64,000 nucleotides of DNA from Trichoplax adhaerens (lineage: Eukaryota; Animalia; Placozoa). The stretch's first letter is position 1, and every line of letters begins with the position of its first letter. Positions 52,317 to 64,000 of this stretch are shown here, one piece after another. The notes beneath the pieces are model-generated. The model searched no databases, was not told the DNA's origin, and saw only the letters and a program-made list of their open reading frames with translations. The stretch lies in NCBI RefSeq assembly GCF_000150275.1, contig NW_002060945.1:569872-633871 (forward strand). Direction: 5' to 3'. A program made the translations under genes and the position numbers.

Positions 52317-55300
52317 ATGCCAGCTAGTCACGGTTTTGCAAAGTTTATGAATAATAAAGATTTCCATCCTGGATCACAAAGAAATATCAAAATGGTAATA
52401 ATGTAGGCCTAACATTGTTGTGCTCTTCTTCAAGAGCAAGAACTATTCTTCTTGTATGCTGTATATTGAGTAGATAGATGTTGTCCTATTGACATACTCG
52501 TGCCAAAACGTAAATTCGATCGTGATGACCATTTCGTGTTGTCATGGTTGCCATAAGCATTTGTCAACGAGTGGAGCAGTGATAGAACTAAGTTAGATCG
52601 AGATAGTAATATCCATTTTGTTAAGGTTAATATCTTGCAATGAACATTTGCTGATGAGTAGAACGCTTACATAACTAAGTTTAATCAGATAGGGATGATC
52701 ATACCATGATATCAAGATTAATATCTTGCCATAAACATTTGCCCATGAGTGGAACCTGTTCTATAGCTATATTACATCGAGATGGTGATGGCCAGGCTTC
52801 TTCCATTTTACGTAAAATTAGAAGAGACCTGGTGATGGCCATTCCATTGTGTCAATATTGATATCTTCTAATAAGTATTTAGTGATAACTATGTTAAATC
52901 AAGGTAGTGATGACCATTCCATTTTGTCAAGATTGATATCTTGCCATAAACATTGGTCAATAAGTGTAGCCACTATGCGCATATAACTATCGGTGTACAA
53001 CTGTAAGTTAGATCATGATAGCGATATCCATTTTGTCAAGCTTTAGATCGTATAATTAGCATTTACTAATGAGTATGGCCAAGTTTTTAGATCGAGTTAG
53101 TGATGGCCAGTCTACTTTGTCAAGGTTGATATCTCGTAATAGACACTCGTCGTCTAGCTAAGTTAAATCAAGCTAGTGATGGCCAGTCTTTGCCAAGGTT
53201 GATATCTCGTAATAAACACTCGTCAATGAGTGTAACTAAGTTCAATTCCACGATAAAATAATGAAACAATTCGTTATCATCATGATTTACTCTATTAAAG
53301 CATCCATACGACTGCAGCGTACCACATAAAATATCGTTCTTTTATAATGTTTGCAATGATTTATTGACTTAATTATACAGGTTTGGATGGCAGAACAACG
53401 TATAGCCGCAAAGGAAAAAAAGGAAAAAGAACTGAAGGAACAATATGAGAAAGAACAATCTCTCTATAAGACAAGGTATGTTTGCTTACTATTGCGTTCA
53501 ACTGAATTTTACTCAATTATTCCATTCAGAAGACTTTACATCGTCGTTAATGTCGTCAACTTATCGGTTTATGAAATCATAGCTAATTTAATAATTTTTA
53601 CTATCGATGCCGTACCAATAAATCTCTGCTTACCTCTGTAGAGAGATTATATCCAAGGATAAAGAGAAGCTATCAGTTAATTTCATGTACGATGCACCAC
53701 CCGGTCTCGACAAAGGTAATAAATTGAAATTAAGTTCAGATTCTTCAAGCAGACAATTTTAGTAAACAATAATTTACGGACTATCTAGTACTAGCAGTAC
53801 GTGATTATAATTAATACGCCATTGTTTCATCTTTTACTCTAGAAACCAAGACCACGGTAAAGATTTTCTTATGTCGTAATGATGCATATCGCATACAGTA
53901 ATTGAGTGCTTGTTCCGCTATCATACTCATTCTATGTACTGTAGATGTCCTTAAGTAATATTTCCTGATTAATTATACCCTGCAAGTGTATAGCGCTGTA
54001 AATTAAGACAGTTACTAATTTTAATTTTTTGCCAATCAATGCTAAATATCGCAACTTGTCGCCTTAATATTCATAATCTAGGATGAAGAACCAAAATTTG
54101 AGTGGCAGAAAAGAGCACCCCGTGAAGCGTAAATTATACGTATAACTACGTTTTCATATATTGCATCTTTTGTACAGTATTATCTGCTAATTTTGTAGTG
54201 CCATTAACTAAAGATCAACTAAAATATATAAATGTATTCTGTACAGTTATGCTAAGGATATAGCCGCGACAGACAAGCCTTTCGGCATTGCTGTAAGATT
54301 ATCTTCGATTGATGCAAAACTGATAATATTTCAGCTTTGGTACCACATTATAACTTAATTTTTTTTACACTTTACTGTACATGTAGGTCAGGAACGTTAG
54401 ATGTATTAAGTGTGGTAAATGGGGGCATGTAAATACCGACAGAGAGGTATTGATGTGTAAATTGATTGATGTAGTAATGTTAAAAGATTTAAAAACTTTC
54501 GTAGTATTTGATTCAGAACTTTATAATCGCAAATTCTAGCTAATGTCACAATATTTTGATTTTGTTAAATCTTGGAGGTAATTTACCTTACTTTTTCCCT
54601 AGTGCCCTCTATTCAATCATACAATTTCCGTGAGTGCGCCATCTGATCAAAATGAGGAAGGTATACTTTGTTTTTTCGTCTTAAAAATATACTCGTATAC
54701 ATAAAAAACTGCCACCTAATTGAACGTCCTGTCTAGCATCCGATGAGATTAGCCCTGAGAAATTAATGCAAGCAATGAGAGAGAATGGACTGACTCTGAA
54801 ACAGTCCGTCCTTGGTCGCGTAGTGGATAACAGAGCTGCGAACCAGGTTAGTATGAGAATGTATGTGTTAAAAGGCGCTATATCATTCAAGTGTTTCGTA
54901 AAAGCTACTACCCCAATTTTATTTGATGTGAAGATTTCACTACGCAATTAGGCTGCCTCGGTACTTTTATTAAATATAATAATCTAACATTTTCTGATTA
55001 GCAAATGATCGAATCAGAAGAAGAACTAATTGATGATCCTGAAGTGAATTTTTTAAATTCCCTTACAAGAAAACAAAAGAAGAAGCTTCTAAAGTGAATT
55101 ATTTTTTTATCATTGCTTGTAATGTTGATATTTGCTTATATTCTGTACCTCGCTTATAATTCACGCAGATTGTCTACCTTAAGCTTAAGTTCGTAGTTGT
55201 AATAAACTGTCGAACTCATTAATGTAAAAAAGATGTCGCCGTACTTATTTAAACTTCTACAGTCTGTTATATTCTTCAGCGTATCCAATTTTCACGCTTT

Positions 55301-55903
55301 TTTGTCATTAAATGTCATGACTTTTTACACAGGAAATTGGATAAGCTCGACAAGAAAGCAGAGGGCAAATCTTCCGAAAAAAAGAAGAAGAAAAAGAAAA
55401 AATCTAAAAAGTCATCATCTAGTTCTGATGAGGACAGTGATCGTCATTATCGTTCTACTCAGAAAAAGAATAAGAAATCTAAGGCCAATAATTTAAGTGG
55501 CGATAGCTCTTCTTCTGATGAAGAAACTACGAAGAAGTCTAAAGCAAGTAGTGCCTATCGCAAAGATATGAGAGACGACCCAATAATGTTAGCAGAGCAT
55601 CGATCGAAGGGTACAGACAGTCATAGATATCGATCTCGTAGTAGATCGCCGGAATCAGAAAGAAGAAAATACTCAGAACAACATAGAACATCAAAGACTG
55701 AAAAGCCTCATCGTTCGCGTCGATCTCGATCTCGCAGCAGATCAACGGAAAGATTCCATGACAGATCGCGAGGTCGAAGTGATTATCGAAATGTAGATAC
55801 TTCTGAATCAAGAGAGAGCAGATATAATACACACCATCGATATCGCTCCAGCGATAAGAAAAGTAGTGGACATCACCGTGAGCACGAAAGCAAACACTAT
55901 TGA
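52317..55903 (+). CDS. CIR1: Corepressor interacting with RBPJ 1 (CIR1), multi-exon
   Basis: Exon 52317-52394 [26 protein letters not shown] joins VWMAEQR (53381). Then [52 protein letters not shown] (zinc knuckle), [19 protein letters not shown], and a Lys/Ser- and RS-rich last exon ending in TGA at 55901-55903. Confidence 0.94.
52510..53245. repeat. Degenerate minisatellite (~70-80-nt unit, ~9-10 copies) in CIR1 intron 1
   Basis: Approximate consensus agttagatcgagatagtgatggccattccattttgtcaaggttgatatcttgccataaacatttgtcaatgagtg recurs throughout. Confidence 0.85.
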
Positions 55904-56759
55904 TTCTATGATACTATCTCCATGATACTTGCAATGCCATGCGATGCTGAATTATATAGGGTGCGGTATCAAGTACAGTACTATGATGAAATAGCCAGAG
56001 TGTCTCCATATTACAACATGACGTAGCCAGCAAGCCTATATTGGATAATGCAAATATTGCGGAGTAATGTGCATATACTTGCTCTTTTAGAAACATTTAA
56101 ATTTTTTGAAAGACCTAATGAAGCTACGATCATGCCACCCTTTATTTTAAAAGTAGTATAAACGGCAAATTAGTAACATTATGTTACAGAAATTTCTCGG
56201 TAATCGTCGAATTTATCACTAATTACAGTATTTTAAATAAGATTAGTAATCAAGTATTGTTTATATTCGCACTTAACCTTAACACATAAAACATTACAGT
56301 AACTAAAATCATAAAATTGTCAATCGAGCTACTGTGATATATTGTACATAAGTTTTTGAAAACACTTTGTTAATATTAAATGAGTGATAAATTCAGCATA
56401 AGCAATCAAATAAATAGATTTATGGTTACAACACTTACGGATCGTTAATTAATTGTGCCGGAACAGCATACACATATGCTTATTTATATGGGTCTAAGTA
56501 CCTATGGGCACTTAACAAGTTACTCATCCAGTCAGCTAGTTAACCATTATTAAATGTGATCGAAAAAATTCTGTTTATAATGATTGCATTTGAGTATCAA
56601 TTGACAGTACGAATAGATTAGGATATTACGTAACGCAGCCATTATGAACTAGCTGTACCCGCTCATCATGTTAAGCAAAAGATCTCCGACTCATTCCATA
56701 GAAATTCTGCGTTATACTTTACTATCGCTTATGTGTCATAAAAATTAACATCAGTTTGG

Positions 56760-59700
56760 CTACTGGAATTTCGATTTCACATTTGGATAGTACTTGTCAA
56801 ATACCCAAATTTGCTTTCGCTTATGATCACATGGCATTAGTACTGGAGTTAGACTTAAGCCACGATCTAAGCACATACCACTTTTCACATGAAGTATCTG
56901 ATGTTTCTAATTTTAATGGGAAAAAATGTCAATTTATCATTACGGACTGTATAATTCTAAAGAATTTCACATTAATGTCGCTTACCTTGTGCTTCCATTC
57001 TTGGCTGTCTCGCATTCGATGACAGTCGACTAATTGAATTTTTGAACCTCTTTTAGATCTATTTGCATCTAAACATTTTCCATTAATCTCAATTTCTCGT
57101 CGGATTGTAAATCTAAAGATCTAAAAGATTCCATCATTACAATTTTTAAAAGGATAAATACCAAAGATACTGTTTGATATAGCCAGCTTACCATGGAACT
57201 AGTGTCATGCACGCATGTAATTAGTCGGACATAGGAATTAGTTTTACCTGCTACCATAAGACAATTAGCCGAAGCAGGATTTCTAATCTTTATAGCAGCA
57301 ATAAAAATAGTAGTATGAGTATTTATTGAAATTATATTAACGATTTAACTTCAAGTAGTAGAACTGCATTTCAACTGGATAGTCAGAAAATATTAATTTC
57401 TTATCAGTAGATTTTAAATAAGTAAATTAATTTGAAATTTAAAATTTCATTCCAATTTAATATCAACATCAGTAAGCATTACTTTGCCCTCTGCCATAAC
57501 GGATTCATTTGGAAAAACAGCATCAGTAAATACGTTGTTTAAGTACCATCGGAAATTTTTACAACCAAGCTTTTGACGCTGACGCAATTCAGCAGTTATA
57601 TCGCCAAGAAAATTTTGACGTAGATGAGGGTAACGTTGATAGTAAAATTCTTTATAATCATCCAGCCAAATTTCGGCGATGCGTTGAGAATTCTTACCGA
57701 GATAATCATCGAAACTTTGCGGCGGTTGATAAGGCTGAAAACTACGCAAAACTTGGCCAACATGGGAACAGGGAATAATTTCTATTTTACCTCCACATAA
57801 CCAAATCTATAAATTGGATTTAAATCAGCATTAAAACTAATATAGAAATTAAAAGTTATGTTACTACAAATCGCTATCTGATTGATATAATCATACTCTA
57901 AATGAGATTTCAAGGTGTTCAACTTCCCAAGTTTCTACTTGGCTATCGTATTTACCAATACTTTGAAAGAATTTTCGATCGATTGCAAAAATATCACCTC
58001 CCATAGTTGGTGATCTATAATAATTTCGTATAGAGTGTAGAAGGTTAAAAAGATAGATATAACGTTAGGAACCTGTAGTCAGATTTAAATATTATAACAG
58101 AACTGATCGATTTTATATATAAGTAATGGTATTTATAACTGGAAATAAATTGTTTTGTCCTCAAACTTGACTTGTGATATTGAGAAACTTATATAAAATC
58201 AATCTACTGTATTTGCAATGTGCATTTAGAAGGATGTATACAGTATTATATCCTATTATACATATGAGTTTAGTGAGCTATGCAACTGCTACGAATACTA
58301 AAGCAGCTTCTATCTATAAAACTAGCATTGAGAGATTGATATAAATTAAACTTGAACGCAACGTACTCGTAGAACTATTAATTATTTTGTTCTAATATCC
58401 ACTGTTCAAAGATGTATTGGGGGATGTAAAGGTACAAATAGTAAAACGTTACATTGCATCTTACACTATAGTAAGCTAACGTATTTGCTACATAAAATTT
58501 CTACAAGATATGTCAATAAATAGAAACAGCATCTACCATGATTATTAATAATACAGTGTTATAGCACATGCTACCAATCAATATAAAACCGATAATCGTA
58601 TCAAGGAGTAAAATAAGTTACTAATCTAAATAAAAATTTGTTCATTTTTTTGCATCAAGGCTATAAAATCATTATTTCTCAAATTGAAATTTAATTAATC
58701 TTAAATTAGCTTTACTCGTTAGCTGTTAGGTATTCGTAACAAGGTTACAGATAGCTAGCAAAGGAAATTAATCTGTAGGAATCCATGTTTTACTTATGGT
58801 CACAACTTTAATTAATAACCAAAGAGCAATTTAAATTTCTCTATTTATATCAATTGTTTAAGCTAGTCTTTATTTAAGTTGTACCTGACAGATTCAATTG
58901 GTGATTTACGAGCTAATCGCTCCTCTCGAGGGATAACCTTCCATTTAAATTTTAAATTCCAGTCAAAAACACCACGAATTAGACCACTAGGACCATAGAG
59001 ATATCGAAAACTACTGGCATCAATTAAATCAATCTCCGGCGTTACAACAACAGTTGGATCTTCATTTACACGCCTCAATAATGGTTCTAACCACCCGACA
59101 TTAACTTCACAATGGGAGTCAAGAAAGGTGACCACAGGCGCTTTAGTATATGAAAATCCTGCAAAATAAGAAAATTACAATCCCATTATGATGCAGATTT
59201 GTGAAATACGATTTAACCTACAGGTATTTAATTGCTATCGAATGGTGATATATCAGTTTCATTTTTGGGACATATCGTGAATACCTAGTAATCGAGATCG
59301 AATTAATCCTAATCTTTGTTTATTTCTATAAAATCGAACTTTGTGAAACCAAGAAAGATAATGTTCTAAATGCAGCCTAGATCCATCTAAGAGTTTTAAT
59401 CAGGTAATAATCATAACGTAAGATTTGGAGAAATCAATCAGTTTTGATATTATCATTAACTGCTCTCTCTGCCTTGTTAAAACATAGGTGCAGAGAAATC
59501 ACATAATATCACTTATTCTATCTTATTTCCCAATTAGACTATGCTATCTTACCATGTTCATTGATTGGACTATGATCATCAATTAAGATAACTTCTCTTA
59601 ATAATGAAGGCGATGTTCGATCTATTACACTATGAAGTGTGCGCAGTAATGTTGTTAGATCTTCATCGTAATAGACAATAATGACACTTGTAGGTGGTAG

Positions 59701-60991
59701 ATTTACTAAATACTTCTCATCACGACAACTGTAGATGAAAAAAAAGATTTAAAGATTACATTATGAGATTTTAACCTCGGTATCCCATATCAAATAAGGT
59801 ATAAATCCTAATAGATAAAGAATTTATCGCAACTATTATCATATTCGAAAATGTAAAAGTGATTGCTATGATAAAAGAAGCTGTCAAATCCCCATGAAAA
59901 TAAAAGGAAAATATCAATATGTAAGTATTTCAGTAATATGAGACTTAAGATCGCTGAATTCTAAAATGCGATTGGTATTATATCTAGCATCAATTTTCTT
60001 CCTTCCTAGCGGCCGAACAAGTATATTAATATATTGTATATTATAAATCTATTGCGTCCCACATTAAATAAGTTGTAGATCCTACTGGATAAAGAAAGTA
60101 TCACGGTTGTTATCATATTTAAAAAATTAAAAGAAGATTATTATGATATAAAAAGCTATCGAAAATCTCTTTGAAAAAGGAAGGAAAATAGTACCATTTA
60201 AGTATAACAGTAGTATGACTTAAAATCAGTGAATTCTAAAATGCTAATCGCATTATACTTTCGATTTTTCTTCTGTAATAAAAATGGGTTAATAAAATGT
60301 AAATTAACAAAATAAAGAGAAAAATATTATGCAAAAATGATTTAGATTAAGTAGTAAATCAGATATGTTTAATCTCCATAATAAAACAAATTACTGATTC
60401 AATAGCTAATGATATTTCTATCATAAGGTCATATTCTCTTCACCTTTTAGGACGTGAGTCAGGTATTAATCGATTGACGGGAATTTGACGACTTGCCCAA
60501 GCATTAAATCCGTAATTACGAAGTAAATCATTATGTGCTTTCTGATGACTATGCGGTATTACAGCTATGCCTGTACCATTTTGGCCCGGAGCATGTGGGT
60601 TAAAAATTTTAGGTAATACTGGACGATAAGGCAACTGTTTCATTAATTTCTTAACCTTTTTTTTAGTAACTGGAGCTGGATGATTATTACGAGCTATCAC
60701 TTGAAAATGTTTGACCTTTTCAAAAACAGAATTCTTAATTTTATGATCAACTCTTGTTTTAGGTTCTACTGCGATTAACGCTCCCTTAGGATGGTGCGAT
60801 TGATGATTTTGTATTCTTCCTGCAGTAGTTAATCGCTTCCAAGGTGATGCAATCTTGTTAAATTGCTTAGCATCTTGTTTTGCTTTCGTTACCGATTGTG
60901 ATTTTTTGACTTCAGGACGATAGCTTCTGATGAAATACCATATTCCGATAATAATCAATAGTATTGAAATAATCTGCTTGCATTTCTTCAT
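56760..60991 (-). CDS. Polypeptide N-acetylgalactosaminyltransferase family protein (type II TM, GT27 domain, ricin-B lectin); active site degenerate
   Basis: N-terminal TM and basic stem. [113 protein letters not shown]. Lectin CLD...QEW and QIW. Stop TAG at 56760-56762. Subfamily not assignable. Confidence 0.93.
59815..60250. repeat. Diverged ~280-nt tandem duplication in the first coding intron of the GALNT
   Basis: ttatcatatt..aaaa...aaaag...gatt..tatgata...aagct and gacttaa.atc..tgaattctaaaatgc each occur twice. Confidence 0.7.
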
Positions 60992-63900
60992 TTAGCTAAT
61001 TAAAATTTTTCTACTCGATATGAAATACGATGTAGACCAAGGATAGAAAACGTCTAGAATTTGAACAATGAATGATATTCTACTTTCAATGTTGAAGTAA
61101 ATTCATAAGCTATATAGAATATTGGATGGTTATTAATGTCCAAGTAGCTCTGGTAGTAGTAGATTAGGTGTAAATTGATTGTAAATGTAGCAGTAGTCTG
61201 GTAATGTTAGTAGTGATTACAAGATGAAAGCAATTCCAAACTTACTCAATATACTCTAGAAGCGAATAAAAGTAAGTAATCTTATTCGCTTCCAAAATTA
61301 TATGATGAGGCTGTAAATAGAAAGAGAAAAAATTCTTTATAAAATTAGCCTTCACATCTGTTGCATCATGAGACGGTGTAAAAATAATCTTACAACTTCA
61401 GCAAATTGTTACCGGACAAAAGAGTAAATGCTAGACAACAATAGATAAATAGGATGAAAGTTTAAACCTATTGTTCTTATCTAAGAGTATGGTAGTTAAT
61501 CTAGTAGTAGTAATAGACCATTACAATGATGCGGAAAGATTGTCGCTAGATAACATCGACTGATTAGATAAGGCGAATTTTAACTTGATAAGTTGTTTTA
61601 AATTGTTGAACAAGCTTAGTTTAGTTTATTGTTTCTTTCGCATTCATACATAATCCGTTGATTTTTGACCTACTATAGCAGTTTGTTACTTAGTAACTCT
61701 TAGCACTACCTATCAATATCAAAACCTTGATTTCTCAGTAAGAGGAGCTTTACAATTTTGGGCTTAAGTTATAAAACTACATAAGTAATTATCAATGGGA
61801 ACGGGCGGTTCATGCTAAAATTATTCCTTGTATAGAATGTTTACGGACGAACACTTCAGGGGACGTCCTTTGTAAATGCAAGAGCTAAATAACTCCTGCT
61901 ACTGAACTTTGAACGAACTCTAGTCATGTGGCCAAAAAAGCTTGAGCTCTTTTAAAAGCCAAACTAATTCATAGCGTATATTAGATTATACTTGTCTAGG
62001 CCCGTTTGAAATATAATCATTTCGTCATTTCTATACTGTAAAAAGTTACACAAGCGGATTATCATAATGTATGCTATAGTCTAAATTGTGTTTCGTAAGC
62101 TATACAGACTTAGGAAGAGCCTTAGCTTGGCTTAAAAATAATTTCGCCATTCATTCAGACATAAGCGATGAGATCAAATTTTGAAAATAATCTGATGGAT
62201 AGAAATTGTTCATTTATTCACACGGAATATCAGTAAATTAGGATAGTTGCTGACTGAATTAGCTGCGAAGTTCTAATGGATTATGAACTGCACACCAATG
62301 TTCTACACATAAAGAGTATCATAGGCTGAACTTTTACTATCCTACTTCCAATGATGACATTCGCTAAGTTGCAACGAGATACCCTTAATTAAAACGGAAT
62401 AATACAGTATTAAATCTCAAATAGCTTATAATATGTCTTAGTAAACTACTCTATTGCTTTTATATATCACTTTTTTCAACTGATTCACCGTCTTTCTCTT
62501 ATAATATCAGTAATACCAGGTATAATGCTAGTAATGAATAGAGTAGTTCGTTAAGACGTAGTAGTTGTAGCAATAGAGCGTTTAAAATTATTTAAACACA
62601 AATGTAACTTGTAATTTTACCCATATTGACGCCTTAGATGTTGTTGCAATCGACTCCCTCGCTCTATGCATAAATTTGATAAATTACTAGACTATTTTCA
62701 TTACTGAGTTCTTGTGCTATATTAATTAACTCGCTGTCTTTCTATAAGTAATTCTAGTAGTAAGTTAGATTAATCGACATTAGACAATCATAGAAAACAG
62801 AAACTCATGTGTACGTTGTGTAATTTACAGTATTAGGTTCTTGTCTAATATTATGAAAACACTTTATCATATCAGGATTAAAACTTAGATCATACTGCCA
62901 CTATGGATTTTTTCCTCATCGATTTACATGTCTCACTCCCAATTTTAGTAAATTACTCAGTTGCTTCCATGCCCTTATATTAATCAAACCGTTATTATTT
63001 TTTTGTAATATCAGTAAGTAACAAATTAAGTCTACACTCCATGGCTATAATAACTGTCGATGAGGAAGTAAATTAAAGCTATATTTTCAATTCTTCACGC
63101 TTCTGCAAATATTATCACTATTGATCTTTATATCATAATCACTATTTTAGTTAACTACTCATCTACTTCTATTTCCTATACAGTATTAATCAATTAGCCA
63201 TCTTTCTCATGTAATATTAGTAACAAGAAAATAAATCGATCCTAGTCCAGCTATAGCAACTATCTATATACAGTACAGCTAATTTAAATGCAGATTTTAA
63301 TTTAGCCATATTACTACCGTAGATTGAGTGCCTAGATATTGTTTCATCCGGTGCTCATCTCACAATCATCAGTTAAAATTTTGTACATCTGTTGCACTAT
63401 TTTTCCTGTGTGCCTCAGTAATTAACAATAATCTAAAGGTCTAATCATGAAGTATTATCTCAATTCTACCATCATATAACGGTTGTCACGTGATCATCCG
63501 CTAGCTCCTAATCTAATATGAGAACCATAGCCTATAACAATTTATTTGATGATAATGTTAATGGTTTGATTTATCAGCACCCACTATTTCATTCTAAATA
63601 AGTTGAGTATAAATTAAGTATTTCACTATTCTAACATAAAATATTGGATAGAAAAGTATACCCATATAAAATGCATATCACGATCATAGCAGAACGTAAT
63701 GGTATGGAAGCTAATTGAAAAAATTGAAAATGTATTGCTCTCTATTAATATCTTGGTTAACATACGATAGGTGGACGACTAAAATGATTTCTACAAGTTT
63801 TATCTATTGAAATTTTTATTTCAACTTAATATTAAAACCATGATCAAATTGTTGGTTGATTAGCGCATTAGCTTGTTTCCAGAATTTACAGTGTAATAAT

Positions 63901-64000
63901 CAAAGGTCCAAACTTGAGTTAGGCTACCATTGCATGGTAAGATCACAGGATTTAAGTCAGTTCCACGATCGATACACAAGCCACTGTGGACATGCTTAAT

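Noticed and set aside
52510-53245. CRISPR-like or C/D snoRNA array
   Set aside because: Eukaryotic intron, degenerate units without unique spacers, no cas genes, and D boxes (CTGA) largely absent.
61400-64000. Possible gene in the last 2.6 kb
   Set aside because: No ORF or motif recognised; treated as GALNT upstream or intergenic sequence.

Overview
AT-rich, intron-dense eukaryotic (early-branching animal) genomic DNA. Short GT-AG introns and the gene set resemble a placozoan such as Trichoplax; this is an inference. Spliced by hand, the window holds: a 5'-partial BRCA1 orthologue (+; RING end, long SQ-rich exon, coiled coil, tandem BRCT); a myosin-X gene (-; motor, SAH, split PH domains, MyTH4, FERM); a 42-aa single-pass membrane microprotein missed by the ORF track (+); a 50-N assembly gap followed by about 13 kb with no recognisable gene; a class A GPCR with a single coding exon (+) followed by a probable fossil GPCR; MTHFS (-) head-to-head with CIR1 (+); and a polypeptide GalNAc-transferase (-). 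Most notable: MYO10 lacks about 220 aa of motor/IQ sequence at a phase-incompatible intron; the microprotein has OST4-like spacing and may share a (GTACW)n promoter with MYO10; the GALNT has a degenerate active site; and MYO10 has a U12-type intron beside a 14-nt micro-exon. All comparisons with human proteins are from memory, not from database searches.
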